Origin: Patescibacteria group bacterium
Lineage (GTDB): Bacteria; Patescibacteriota; Kazan-3B-28; UBA10110
Length of the DNA stretch: 64,000 nucleotides
Direction: 5' to 3'
Assembly: GCA_016936175.1 (NCBI GenBank)
Contig: JAFGPN010000016.1
Span: 1,648-65,647, forward strand
The notes beneath the pieces were generated by a model. The model had not been told where the DNA came from. It saw only the letters and a list, made by a program, of their open reading frames with translations, and did not search any database. Below, piece by piece: positions 45,363-54,634 of the stretch. Every line of letters starts with the position of its first letter. The first letter of the stretch is position 1. Made by a program: the position numbers and the translations under genes.

Positions 45363-47495
45363 CTAATGCTTTGAGGCGGCCAGCTTTTTTATTGGGGCGA
45401 GCCCCTTGGCTAATCGTTTGACCCCCAGTTTCCCAAACAGCACCACTATCTCATCACTGCTTGTTCGGATAACCGAGCCGACCCCAAAGTGGACGTGTTC
45501 CACCATGTCCCCAGTTTTAACTCGGATATTTTGGGCAGGCTTTTCGGTTGCTGTAGTTATCGCCTCGGTTGTTTCGACACCAGTGGTGGTTAGTTCAACC
45601 GGGATATCGTCCAAAAAACGAGAGGGTGTGCCCGTGTATTGTTTGCCGTAGATTAGGCGCTGAGTGGCGTGCAATAGATAGATTTTTCGTTTGGCCCGAG
45701 TGATACCGACATAACACAAACGCCTCTCCTCTTCCAATTCCTCTCTATCTAATAAACTGCGAGAATGCGGAAACAGATTTTCCTCCATCCCAGCGATAAA
45801 CACCGAATCAAATTCCAGCCCCTTAGCCGAATGTAGCGTCATCAAGGTTACCGCTTCATTGTTCTCGTTATAACTATCGATATCTTGGATTAAGCTGACC
45901 TCTTCTAAAAAGGTTTGAAGCGCCAGGTTACTCTCGAGGTAATCGTATTTTTCAACTACGCTCTTTAGTTCTTTAACATTTTCTATTCGGGTTTCACCCT
46001 CGATAGTTTTGTCGTTTAAAAAGGTGAGGTAGTTAGTCTTGTTAACCACTAAATCAAATAAGCCACTTAAATTCTTTTTCCAGCTTCTGGCCTGCTTGAT
46101 GGTCTTGGCCAATTCGGTCAGAGCAATTTTGGCCCTGCCACCGACTGGGACAATATCTAACACCTCGCTTAAATTTTTTTGTTCTTCGGCGGCAAATTTG
46201 CATAAACCCTCCCAACCTTTTTCTCCAATACCTCGAGTCGGCACATTAATAATTCGTTGCAGACTAATTTCGTCTTGGGGGTTAGCAATTACCCTTAAGT
46301 AAGCCAACACATCTTTGATCTCTTTTCTGTCATAGAATCTTACCCCACCCACTACTCGATAGGGTGTACTACGCTTTATAAATGCTTCTTCTAACGACCT
46401 CGATTGGGCGTTGGTGCGATACAGCACCACAAAATCATTAAGGGTGAGTTCGGGGTGGAGTTGCTGCTGTCGCGCTATCTCCTCAATAATAAAAGCGCCC
46501 TCATACTGTTCGGTGGGTACATTAATAATAGCGATCGGTTCTCCTGGCCCCCGGCCAGTCCACAATTTTTTTTGGCTGCGATTTTGATTTAGAGCGATTA
46601 CCGCACCAGCGGCGTCTAGAATATTCTGGGTCGAGCGATAGTTCTCTTCCAATTTAATTACCTTAGCGGCTGGATAATCCCGATTGAAATTTAGAATATT
46701 ACGATAGTTGGCCCCTCGCCAAGAATAGATCGATTGCCAATCATCCCCTACTACAAACAGGTTGTGGTGTTTGTCGGATAGCAGTTTAGTCAGCTGATAC
46801 TGAGCGGCATTTGTATCTTGATATTCATCCACCATCACATATTTAAAGAGCTTTTGGTATTTTTCTAATACCTTTGGTTCTTGTTTAAATAGCTTAACCG
46901 TTAATAACAACAGATCATCAAAATCAACACTGTTGTTTTTGTGTAATAACTCTTGATATCGAGGATAGATTTTAGCCACCGATTGCTGAAAATGGCCTTG
47001 GGCTAGCTTGCTGTACTCTTCAGGCCCGACCATCTCGTTTTTGGCGCCCGAGATATAGCTGAGAATAGCACCTGGCGCATATTTGGAAGAATCGACATTC
47101 AGCTCACGCATGGCTTGCTTAACGGCAGTCAGTTGCTCGTCAGTATCCAAAATAGTAAAGCTGGTGGGTCGGTTTAGATGGGCTATCTCTCGCCGCAGGA
47201 TTCTAACACACAGTGAATGAAAGGTGCTGATCGATAACTGTTTATCCGATTTGATTCCCAGTAATTTTTTAACCCGTTCCTTCATCTCGCCGGCCGCTTT
47301 GTTGGTAAAGGTAACTGCCAAAATCTCGTCCGCCCGAGCCTTCTTCTGCTGGATAATATGGGCGATCCGGGTAGTGAGCGTTTTGGTTTTGCCAGAGCCA
47401 GCCCCGGCCAGTATTAGTACCGGTCCTCGAAGTGCCTGAACAGCTTCCTGTTGGGCCGGATTTAAGTTTTTGAGCAGGTCTTTCATAAACAACAC
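45363..47495 (-). CDS. pcrA: ATP-dependent DNA helicase PcrA/UvrD (SF1)
   Basis: Walker A AGAGSGKTKTL, and DEYQDTN, YRS, TLHSAKGLEF, VGITRA. Confidence 0.92.
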   Translation of the reverse strand: MLFMKDLLKNLNPAQQEAVQALRGPVLILAGAGSGKTKTLTTRIAHIIQQKKARADEILAVTFTNKAAGEMKERVKKLLGIKSDKQLSISTFHSLCVRILRREIAHLNRPTSFTILDTDEQLTAVKQAMRELNVDSSKYAPGAILSYISGAKNEMVGPEEYSKLAQGHFQQSVAKIYPRYQELLHKNNSVDFDDLLLLTVKLFKQEPKVLEKYQKLFKYVMVDEYQDTNAAQYQLTKLLSDKHHNLFVVGDDWQSIYSWRGANYRNILNFNRDYPAAKVIKLEENYRSTQNILDAAGAVIALNQNRSQKKLWTGRGPGEPIAIINVPTEQYEGAFIIEEIARQQQLHPELTLNDFVVLYRTNAQSRSLEEAFIKRSTPYRVVGGVRFYDRKEIKDVLAYLRVIANPQDEISLQRIINVPTRGIGEKGWEGLCKFAAEEQKNLSEVLDIVPVGGRAKIALTELAKTIKQARSWKKNLSGLFDLVVNKTNYLTFLNDKTIEGETRIENVKELKSVVEKYDYLESNLALQTFLEEVSLIQDIDSYNENNEAVTLMTLHSAKGLEFDSVFIAGMEENLFPHSRSLLDREELEEERRLCYVGITRAKRKIYLLHATQRLIYGKQYTGTPSRFLDDIPVELTTTGVETTEAITTATEKPAQNIRVKTGDMVEHVHFGVGSVIRTSSDEIVVLFGKLGVKRLAKGLAPIKKLAASKH

Positions 47496-47569
47496 CCAGT
47501 ATATTACATTAGATACGGATAGGTAGTAACCCCCTCTGCTATACTTAAGTCTGGGACTAAACTATTTAT

Positions 47570-48328
47570 ATGTCGGGACATTCCAAGTGGTCGACCATCA
47601 AACGGAAAAAGGGGGCGGCGGACGTTAAACGTAGCGCCTTGTTTACAAAATTAGCCAAGGGAATCGAAGTAGCCGCTCGAGGGAGTGGGGGCAATCCCGA
47701 CCTTAATTTTCGATTAAAGCTGGCTATCCAAAAAGCCAAGGGCTCCAATATGCCGACCAGCAGCATTGATAAGGCGATTAAAAAAGGAACCGGCGAGGAC
47801 AAGGCCGCGGCCCTGATCGAAGAGGCTACTTACGAAGGCCTGGGAGCTGGTAATGTGGCGGTGGTAGTTTCTGCCATGACCGATAATAAAAATCGAACAG
47901 TAGCCGAACTGCGCAATATCTTTAATAAAGCTGGGGCCACTTTTGGCACACCAGTAGCTTGGCAGTTTGATAATCGAGGCATCCTAAGAGTCAAAAAGTC
48001 GGGCGACCTCGAGGCTTTAGAGTTAGCGGCTATCGAAGCAGGGGCTCTTGAGATTGACGACACTGGCGACGAGTTAGAGATTACCACTTTGCCCAAAGAG
48101 CTAGATAAAATTAAGACGGCTTTAGAGTCGGCTGGCTATAAGGTGGCTGAGGCGGAGTTGGGGTTAGTACCAAAACAAAGAGTAACTATTACCGACCCTG
48201 TCTCGGCTCAAAAAATATTGAATTTTCTGGATGCTCTGGAGGACCACGAGGATGTTGGTCAGGTTTTTAGTACTCTCGATGTGCCGGATGAAGTATTAGA
48301 AAAATTAAGAATGAATAATGAAGAATGA
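47570..48328 (+). CDS. yebC: YebC/PmpR-family transcriptional regulator
   Basis: MSGHSKWSTIKRKKGAADVKRSALFTKL. Confidence 0.92.
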   Translation: MSGHSKWSTIKRKKGAADVKRSALFTKLAKGIEVAARGSGGNPDLNFRLKLAIQKAKGSNMPTSSIDKAIKKGTGEDKAAALIEEATYEGLGAGNVAVVVSAMTDNKNRTVAELRNIFNKAGATFGTPVAWQFDNRGILRVKKSGDLEALELAAIEAGALEIDDTGDELEITTLPKELDKIKTALESAGYKVAEAELGLVPKQRVTITDPVSAQKILNFLDALEDHEDVGQVFSTLDVPDEVLEKLRMNNEE

Positions 48329-48833
48329 AGAACCAACGCATCCAACTAGTAGAATTATTCTGGGATTAGACCCCGGCACGGCTACTACCGGTTTTGGTGT
48401 AGTTAAAAAAGAACAGGGCGATATCTCGCTGGTCGATTGCGGTTATATTACCACCCCATCAACCGATTCGGCCTCAGACCGATTATTAGTAATTGGGCGA
48501 GCGATTGAGAAACTAATTAAAACTCACCGACCCGATGTGGTGGCAGTAGAAAAATTATTCTTTGCCAAGAACCAAACTACCGCTATGTCGGTGTCTCAAT
48601 CTCGAGGCGTGATATTGGCCAGTATCGCTCGTCAGAAGTTACCGTTATTGGAGTATACTCCACTGCAGGTTAAACAAACGATTACTGGCTATGGTCGGGC
48701 TGATAAGCAACAGATTCAAAGAATGGTTAAGGCGTTGCTTAAACTGGAACAAGTGCCAAAGCCGGACGATGTCGCCGATGCTTTGGCGGTGGCCATCTGT
48801 GGGGCTTACGAAAAAGCCCCGGTGCTACAATAG
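48318..48833 (+). CDS. ruvC: Crossover junction endodeoxyribonuclease RuvC
   Basis: ILGLDPGTATTGFGVV, plus VAVEKLFF and the C-terminal DDVADALAVAIC. Confidence 0.9.
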   Translation: MKNEEPTHPTSRIILGLDPGTATTGFGVVKKEQGDISLVDCGYITTPSTDSASDRLLVIGRAIEKLIKTHRPDVVAVEKLFFAKNQTTAMSVSQSRGVILASIARQKLPLLEYTPLQVKQTITGYGRADKQQIQRMVKALLKLEQVPKPDDVADALAVAICGAYEKAPVLQ

Positions 48834-48837
48834 ATAT

Positions 48838-49395
48838 ATGATAGCTTCTGTTAGTGGCCAGGTTATTAGCAAAGGATTAGATCATCTCGTAGTCGAGGTT
48901 GGTGGCATTGGTTATCTAATCTTTACGACTACAGATGTGTTAACCACCTCCTCAATCGGAGATGAGATTCGTCTGCTTACCCATATGGTGGTTCGTGAGG
49001 ATGCTCAAGCTCTTTATGGATTTATTAATCCGGCCCAGCTACGATTATTTTCGATGTTGATTGGTGTTTCGGGAGTAGGTCCGCGCATCGCCTTAGCTGT
49101 TTTAAGTTCTGGCAAGGTGGAAGAGCTTCGTTCTGCCATCGGTCGGGGTGATAGCGATATCTTTACTGCCATCTCGGGTATCGGTAAAAAGACCGGTGAG
49201 CGGATTGTCTTAGAACTAAAAACCAAGATTACCGATATCACCGAAGTTGGCACGGGCGGTAGTTCGGCTGATATTATTAATGCACTGTCCGGTTTAGGTT
49301 ATAATATGTATGAAATCAGAGAGGTTTTGGGTAAGCTCTCCCCTACCGCCCCGGTAGAAGAGAAATTAAAAGAAGCGCTCAAACTCCTCAGTTGA
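48838..49395 (+). CDS. ruvA: Holliday junction DNA helicase subunit RuvA
   Basis: MIASVSGQVISKG..VVEVGGIGY, and the HhH segments GVSGVGPRIALAVL and ISGIGKKTGERIVLEL. The ATG at 48838 is preferred over the track start 48691, which runs inside ruvC. Confidence 0.88.
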   Translation: MIASVSGQVISKGLDHLVVEVGGIGYLIFTTTDVLTTSSIGDEIRLLTHMVVREDAQALYGFINPAQLRLFSMLIGVSGVGPRIALAVLSSGKVEELRSAIGRGDSDIFTAISGIGKKTGERIVLELKTKITDITEVGTGGSSADIINALSGLGYNMYEIREVLGKLSPTAPVEEKLKEALKLLS

Positions 49396-49400
49396 TCAAT

Positions 49401-49468
49401 AATCGACTTGTCGTCCCCGAGCCGGAAACGAAGTGCTCCGACATCGGGGATCCAGACCGAAACAGAAA
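49401..49468. repeat. About 68-bp intergenic hairpin repeat, copy 2 of 2
   Basis: AATCGACTTGTCGTCCCCGAGCCGGAAACGAAGTGCTCCGACATCGGGGATCCAGACCGAAACAGAAAA. Stem CCCCGA/TCGGGG plus CCGGA/TCCG. Matches 892-960. Confidence 0.7.
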
Positions 49469-49515
49469 AAACTAAATTTTATTGAATTTATTTTTTAATT
49501 ATTAAAAGGGAGGGT

Positions 49516-49713
49516 TTGTTGATGGCTAAGAAAAATAGTAATACTGGCGGTTGTGGTTGGTTTATGGATGACTGGTTCTACGCGCTGATAGCTATCTTAA
49601 TTGGTTTTGCCTTGTTGGGCGTTAACCTAGGCTGGCTGGAGCCAAGCTGGATAGATTATTGGCCGGTCCTGCTGATTGTGATCGGGGGTAAGGAGCTATT
49701 AGAAAGAAACTAA
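49516..49713 (+). CDS. Hypothetical small two-helix membrane protein
   Basis: 65 aa with helices WFYALIAILIGFALLGV and YWPVLLIVIGG. GGAGGG lies upstream. Confidence 0.45.
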   Translation: MLMAKKNSNTGGCGWFMDDWFYALIAILIGFALLGVNLGWLEPSWIDYWPVLLIVIGGKELLERN

Positions 49714-49779
49714 AGGGTCGGCGTAGTTGGTCGATTTACGAGCCCGGCTTGAACAGTCGGGCTTGTTCATTAGCGGCCT

Positions 49780-50790
49780 ATGATAGAGTTGAGATATATG
49801 AAGAGGAGCTATTGGTTAACGATTGTTTGTCTTGGTGGGGTAATGGTTGCTATTATTGTCACCCTGACTATCTTGTGGGCGCCGATTGCCCCCGGTAGCC
49901 GCGGAGGCGGACCCAGAATGATTACCGTAAAATCTGGCGAGAGCATTAGTGCCATCGCCCAAGATCTTAAGCGCCAACGGCTTATTCGGTCAGTTTGGGG
50001 CTTTAAGCTCTATCTCAAGCTCACCGGGCGAGTGATTGTCCAGCCCGGGACATACGGTCCGCTATATGGCAACGATTCGTTGCCCAGGATAGCCAATATG
50101 ATAGCCAGTGGTTCAACTGCTAACGTTACCGTAACTATCCCCGAAGGCTACACCCTAGCGCAGATCACTGACACCCTGTCAGCTAAAGGGGTGGCCAGTG
50201 CCGAAGAGTTTACCGCCGCTCTAAGCGCCTTTGCACCGGACTATGAATTTTTTAAATCCAAGCCTGCCAAGCGTTCGCTGGAAGGTTTTTTGTTTCCCGA
50301 CACATACCGCTTAATCAAGGGTGAACCAGCCGAAGCGATTCGGATGATGCTAGATAACTTTGGGGTGAAATATCGTGACGAGATTAAACCCGAGCTGGAC
50401 GATAAAAGTTTGTACGAAATAATGATTATCGCCTCGTTGGTCGAGAAGGAAGCCAAAACCCAAACCGATCGCAAACAGATTGCCGCCGTGCTCTATAATC
50501 GGCTGGATGCAAAGATGCGATTGGATGTTGATGCAACGGTTCGTTATGCGATTAACGATTGGAAGAAGGCGTTAACTAAAGAAGATCTCTCGGTTGACTC
50601 TCCGTATAATACTCGTCGTTATGGCGGCCTCCCCCCTACCCCCATCTGCAACCCAGGGCTGGCTTCCATTAAAGCGGCGCTTAGTCCGCCCGACAGTGAC
50701 TACTATTACTATCTGACCGATTACCAAGGCGTGACTCACTATGCTAAAACCCTGAAGGAGCACGCCGACAACAAACTAAAATATCTGTAG
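49780..50790 (+). CDS. mltG: Endolytic murein transglycosylase MltG (YceG-like)
   Basis: N-terminal TM, then EGFLFPDTY, ASLVEKEA and SPYNTRRYGGLPPTPICNPG. Confidence 0.88.
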   Translation: MIELRYMKRSYWLTIVCLGGVMVAIIVTLTILWAPIAPGSRGGGPRMITVKSGESISAIAQDLKRQRLIRSVWGFKLYLKLTGRVIVQPGTYGPLYGNDSLPRIANMIASGSTANVTVTIPEGYTLAQITDTLSAKGVASAEEFTAALSAFAPDYEFFKSKPAKRSLEGFLFPDTYRLIKGEPAEAIRMMLDNFGVKYRDEIKPELDDKSLYEIMIIASLVEKEAKTQTDRKQIAAVLYNRLDAKMRLDVDATVRYAINDWKKALTKEDLSVDSPYNTRRYGGLPPTPICNPGLASIKAALSPPDSDYYYYLTDYQGVTHYAKTLKEHADNKLKYL

Positions 50791-50797
50791 GAGTGAA

Positions 50798-50926
50798 CCC
50801 CATTACAAACTCGTAGTAAAAATAATTCATAGAATTATTTTTACAAATCACTAGCCAATCAGTAACCATATGCGCATCTCTTTATCACTAAATTACCAAA
50901 AGCTGTTTCGTAAGTTTGTAACGGGG
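50798..50926. repeat. LIR element, copy 3 (variant arms)
   Basis: Arms CCCCATTACAAACT (50798-50811) and AGTTTGTAACGGGG (50913-50926) pair at 13 of 14 positions. A perfect 13-bp inner hairpin GTAAAAATAATTC-ata-GAATTATTTTTAC lies inside. The last G is the first base of the comEC GTG. Confidence 0.7.
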
Positions 50927-52413
50927 TGAAACGGGGGCTAACCATTTTGTTATTAGTCAGTTTCATTCTGGGGGTGGCTTCCGGCCCTGTTTTTAGTTGG
51001 CAGAACAGTTTGGTCGCCATCTGGTTAATTGGCGGCCTTGTCTTATTGGCGGCTTTATATCGGCGACGTTACCTTTGGTTTGCGTGGGGATTATTATCAA
51101 TAGCTGTCCTAGTCATCGGTAATCTACGTTTTGGTTTGAGTAATTCCATTAAAGCCGATGATGTTAGTAGTTTGGGTGGCCAAACCGTTGAACTAACTGG
51201 TGTTGTGTCAACAGATCCTCAACCAGGCGCCACAACGACCAAGCTAACTGTTAGTCTGCTAACCGATGCCAATCAGCCTGCTGTTACTGGAAGAATATTA
51301 GTTACCGTTCCTACCCGACCCGATTACGAATATGGCAATCTTGTGCAAATATCCGGTCAAGTTAGTCGACCCATTAATCGAGACGGATTTGATTATGCCG
51401 GTTATCTTGCTCGATTTGGCATCCATGCCACGATGGACTATCCCGTAATTGAGGTCACCGAACCATTTGTAGGCAGTCTATTGCTTCGCGATTTGTATAT
51501 AGTTAAGCATCGCCTGATTAAGGCAGGGCAGAGCGCTTTACCCGAACCCGCCGCTGGGCTACTCTCCGGTTTATTATTTGGGGTAAAAAGCGATCTACCC
51601 GCTTCACTATCGGATAACTTTAACCGAGTCGGGCTAACTCACATCATCGCTCTATCCGGTTTTAACATTACCATCATCGCTACTAGCTTGCTTTGGCTGT
51701 TGCGATTTTTGCCGTTGCGCTGGCGGTTTGGTTTAGCCATGGCTGTAATTCTTTTATTTGTGCTGATGACCGGCGCTTCTCCTTCTGTTACCCGGGCCGC
51801 CATAATGGGCATCTTGGTATTATTAGCTGGCCTGACCGGTCGGTTAGCCGATAGCGGTATCGCCTTATTATTAGCCGCTGTCGCCATGCTACTGGGCAAT
51901 CCTTTAGTGCTGTACTACGATGTCGGTTTTCAATTATCGTTTGTTGCAACGCTCGGCATCATCTATCTTAGCCCCGTGTTCGAGGATATTTTTAAAAAGA
52001 CCCCTCATTGGCTACGTGGCTATCTCTCTCCCACCTTGGCGGCGTTAGTTTTTTCGACCCCGCTGTTGGTTTACCAATTTGAGCGACTATCACTGATCGC
52101 CCCATTGTCTAATTTATTGGCGCTACCGGTGATAGCATTAGCCATGGGGTTGGGTTTTGCCGCCATAGCGGGAAGTTTAATTTACCCACCGATCGGCCTG
52201 GTTATTGGCCTACTGGCCGTCTGGCCTCTTAATTACATTATCGGTGTGGCTAATGTATTGGCCAGCTTGCCAGTAGCATCGATCGCGGTTAAAGTTTCAT
52301 CTGCTTGGTGGGTAGTAATCGCCTATGCCATATTGGGAGTGAGTTTAGCCTTTAGACAAAGTCGTGCGCCAAAAACTGATCTGGAGTTGCATCCTCTTAC
52401 TACTGCTAGCTAA
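50926..52413 (+). CDS. comEC: ComEC/Rec2 DNA internalisation channel, N-terminal plus membrane part
   Basis: DUF4131-like N-terminus and the competence-domain segment GLTHIIALSGFNITII, with many TM helices. It lacks the usual C-terminal MBL domain, which is encoded by the next ORF. Confidence 0.8.
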   Translation: MKRGLTILLLVSFILGVASGPVFSWQNSLVAIWLIGGLVLLAALYRRRYLWFAWGLLSIAVLVIGNLRFGLSNSIKADDVSSLGGQTVELTGVVSTDPQPGATTTKLTVSLLTDANQPAVTGRILVTVPTRPDYEYGNLVQISGQVSRPINRDGFDYAGYLARFGIHATMDYPVIEVTEPFVGSLLLRDLYIVKHRLIKAGQSALPEPAAGLLSGLLFGVKSDLPASLSDNFNRVGLTHIIALSGFNITIIATSLLWLLRFLPLRWRFGLAMAVILLFVLMTGASPSVTRAAIMGILVLLAGLTGRLADSGIALLLAAVAMLLGNPLVLYYDVGFQLSFVATLGIIYLSPVFEDIFKKTPHWLRGYLSPTLAALVFSTPLLVYQFERLSLIAPLSNLLALPVIALAMGLGFAAIAGSLIYPPIGLVIGLLAVWPLNYIIGVANVLASLPVASIAVKVSSAWWVVIAYAILGVSLAFRQSRAPKTDLELHPLTTAS

Positions 52414-53176
52414 TGTTTATATTTGGCAGGGCGTGGCAGTTTGGGTCGACAGCCGTCCTGAGATTTATTTTCTTAATATCGGTCAAGGCGACTCAACTTT
52501 AATTGTGTCTGGCAATCATCAAGTCTTGGTTGATGGTGGACCGGACAAAAGTGTGATGGCAGAGTTGGGTAAAATCATGCCGATGTGGGATCGAACTATT
52601 GATCTGGTGGTGCTAACACATCCCCAGTCCGATCACTTAACCGGGCTATTTGCAGTTTTGGAGCGTTATCAGGTGGAAGAGATTTTAGCCACATTTGCTG
52701 AGTATGATAGCTCGCTCAATCGCGAATGGCTGAATGAAGTGCAGAAAAGTGGAGCCAAGCTAAACTATGCTGATCCGGCTGATGACTATCATTTTGGTGA
52801 CTTATATATTGATACGCTATTGCCCCTTGATTCGTCTGTTCAATCCGCAGATATTAATGAAGATTCAGTCATTCTGCGAGTCAGCGGAGATAATCTCAGC
52901 GTGCTATTAATGGGCGATGCTGGATTTGCCACCGAAGATAGTTTGTTAAATATCTATCCAGGCATTTCGGCTGATATTCTAAGAGTTGGACATCACGGCA
53001 GTAAATATAGCTCATCAATTAAATTTTTAGAACGGACAGAGTTTGATTCTGCAGTTATCTCGGTCGGTAAAAATTCGTACGGCCATCCATCACCAGAAAC
53101 AGTAGATCGCCTAAATAAAGTGAATGCCAAAATCTACCGCACCGATCAAGCCGGCACCATTCGGTTTGACTTATAA
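52364..53176 (+). CDS. ComEC-type metallo-beta-lactamase domain protein (separate or frameshifted ORF)
   Basis: FLNIGQGDSTLI, LTHPQSDHLTG, MGDAG and VGHHGS. One N-terminal TM helix. Overlaps the previous ORF by 50 nt in a different frame. Confidence 0.75.
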   Translation: MRQKLIWSCILLLLLANVYIWQGVAVWVDSRPEIYFLNIGQGDSTLIVSGNHQVLVDGGPDKSVMAELGKIMPMWDRTIDLVVLTHPQSDHLTGLFAVLERYQVEEILATFAEYDSSLNREWLNEVQKSGAKLNYADPADDYHFGDLYIDTLLPLDSSVQSADINEDSVILRVSGDNLSVLLMGDAGFATEDSLLNIYPGISADILRVGHHGSKYSSSIKFLERTEFDSAVISVGKNSYGHPSPETVDRLNKVNAKIYRTDQAGTIRFDL

Positions 53177-53184
53177 TAGGTCTG

Positions 53185-53496
53185 ATGGACGAACAGAAGA
53201 ATTTTATCCGATGCACCGAAGATTTCACCTGCGAGAACTGTGGGGCTAAGGTGGCAGGCTCCGGCTACACTAACCACTGCCCGAAGTGTTTATATAGTAA
53301 GCATGTCGATAACGTGCCCGGTGACCGAGCCAACCCCTGTGGCGGTCTAATGCCCCCGATCGGTGTTGAGTTGGAGCACGGTGAGTATGTGTTAACCCAC
53401 AAATGTCTCAAGTGTGGGACAGAAAAGCGCAATAAAACCACCGATAACGATAACTTCGATGAGATAGTTAGACTTAATCAAGATTTTCGTGTCTAA
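53185..53496 (+). CDS. RNHCP-domain zinc-ribbon protein
   Basis: CENCGAKV...YTNHCPKCLYSKH...CGG...CLKCG. Confidence 0.7.
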   Translation: MDEQKNFIRCTEDFTCENCGAKVAGSGYTNHCPKCLYSKHVDNVPGDRANPCGGLMPPIGVELEHGEYVLTHKCLKCGTEKRNKTTDNDNFDEIVRLNQDFRV

Positions 53497-54523
53497 TCTG
53501 ATTCCAATTAGTTGGCCTACCTATCTATGGCCATTTAGTGTCGCCCTGATTCTGGGCTATCTCTTAACCTTGGCCATAAAGCTATACGCCGAAAAGCGCA
53601 ATTGGTTTGCCTACTACACCTCGCACCAGACTCACCGGCGCAAGATGGTGCGCCTAGGCGGTGTTGCCATCTATTTAGCCTTTATTATCCCTCTTCTGAT
53701 ATTTATGGATTTAACTCCCCAGTTGACTGGTCTGCTAATCTCGGTTTCTTTAATGTTTTTGATGGGGTTGCTCGACGACATCTACAATTTAAAAGCCTGG
53801 CTTAAAATACTAATCCAGTTATTGGCTATCGGTACGGCTTTAGCATTCGGAATTCGAATTGACCAGATTACTAATCCGTTTGGCGGAGTGATTATCCTAT
53901 CTCCGATCTGGAACTTAGGGTTAACCGCCGTATGGTTGTGGCTAGTTACCAACGCGGTTAATTTGTTAGACGGCTTAGACGGATTAGCGGCCGGGGCTAC
54001 CTCCATCGCGGCAGGCGCCTTGTTTTACTTAAGCCTGTTTGCTTTTGTTAATCAGCCGCAGACCGCCGTATTAGCCATTATCTTATTGGGGACTTCTCTG
54101 GGATTCCTGCGATGGAACTGGTTTCCGGCCAAGATCTTTATGGGCGATTCTGGCAGTTATACGCTTGGTTTCTTGGTGGGGGCCTTAGCTATCATCGGCG
54201 GCGCCAAGTTAGCCACGGCTTCTCTGGTGTTGGGCTTTCCCCTATTAGATGCGGTCTATGCTATTATTCGGCGCCTGCTTCACGGCAAAAATCCATTCTC
54301 AGCCGATCGAGACCACCTTCACCACCGACTTCTGGCCGTGGGCGTCCCCCATATGGGGGTTACGCTGATTATTCTAGGCATCTCAGCGGTTTTTGGAATC
54401 GTTTCGCTGTTGTCTGGAACTTGGGCCAAGTTAATCGCCTTGGCTGTAACCTTGGTAGTAATGATTTTGCTTATCAGGACTATCTTTTTGGTCCAAAGGA
54501 GAAAAGGGAGCTTGCCCCGTTAG
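53489..54523 (+). CDS. Polyprenyl-phosphate N-acetylhexosamine-1-phosphate transferase (MraY/WecA/TagO family)
   Basis: About 10 TM helices, with NAVNLLDGLDGLAAG, FMGDSGS and DRDHLHHRLL. Confidence 0.85.
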   Translation: MSNLIPISWPTYLWPFSVALILGYLLTLAIKLYAEKRNWFAYYTSHQTHRRKMVRLGGVAIYLAFIIPLLIFMDLTPQLTGLLISVSLMFLMGLLDDIYNLKAWLKILIQLLAIGTALAFGIRIDQITNPFGGVIILSPIWNLGLTAVWLWLVTNAVNLLDGLDGLAAGATSIAAGALFYLSLFAFVNQPQTAVLAIILLGTSLGFLRWNWFPAKIFMGDSGSYTLGFLVGALAIIGGAKLATASLVLGFPLLDAVYAIIRRLLHGKNPFSADRDHLHHRLLAVGVPHMGVTLIILGISAVFGIVSLLSGTWAKLIALAVTLVVMILLIRTIFLVQRRKGSLPR

Positions 54524-54624
54524 AAATTCGACAGAGGGTTCGGGGCATGTCAGTTGTTGCCGTGCGGTAGCGCGTTGCTTACAGATATCAATTTTTCTGC
54601 TCTAGCCCTAAATTTCTAATGGGG
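54515..54624. repeat. LIR element, copy 4
   Basis: Arms CCCCGTTAGAAATT (54515-54528) and AATTTCTAATGGGG (54611-54624) pair at 14 of 14 positions, counting one G-T pair. The upstream gene's TAG stop is the TAG of the left arm. Core GCGGTAGCGCGTTGCT lies at 54564-54579. Confidence 0.8.
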
Positions 54625-54634
54625 TCCACAGACT

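Noticed and set aside
48691-48837. Upstream extension of the RuvA ORF (track start 48691)
   Set aside because: The extension lies entirely within ruvC in another frame and translates to a non-RuvA-like sequence. The canonical RuvA N-terminus MIASVSGQV starts at 48838, 2 nt after the ruvC stop region.
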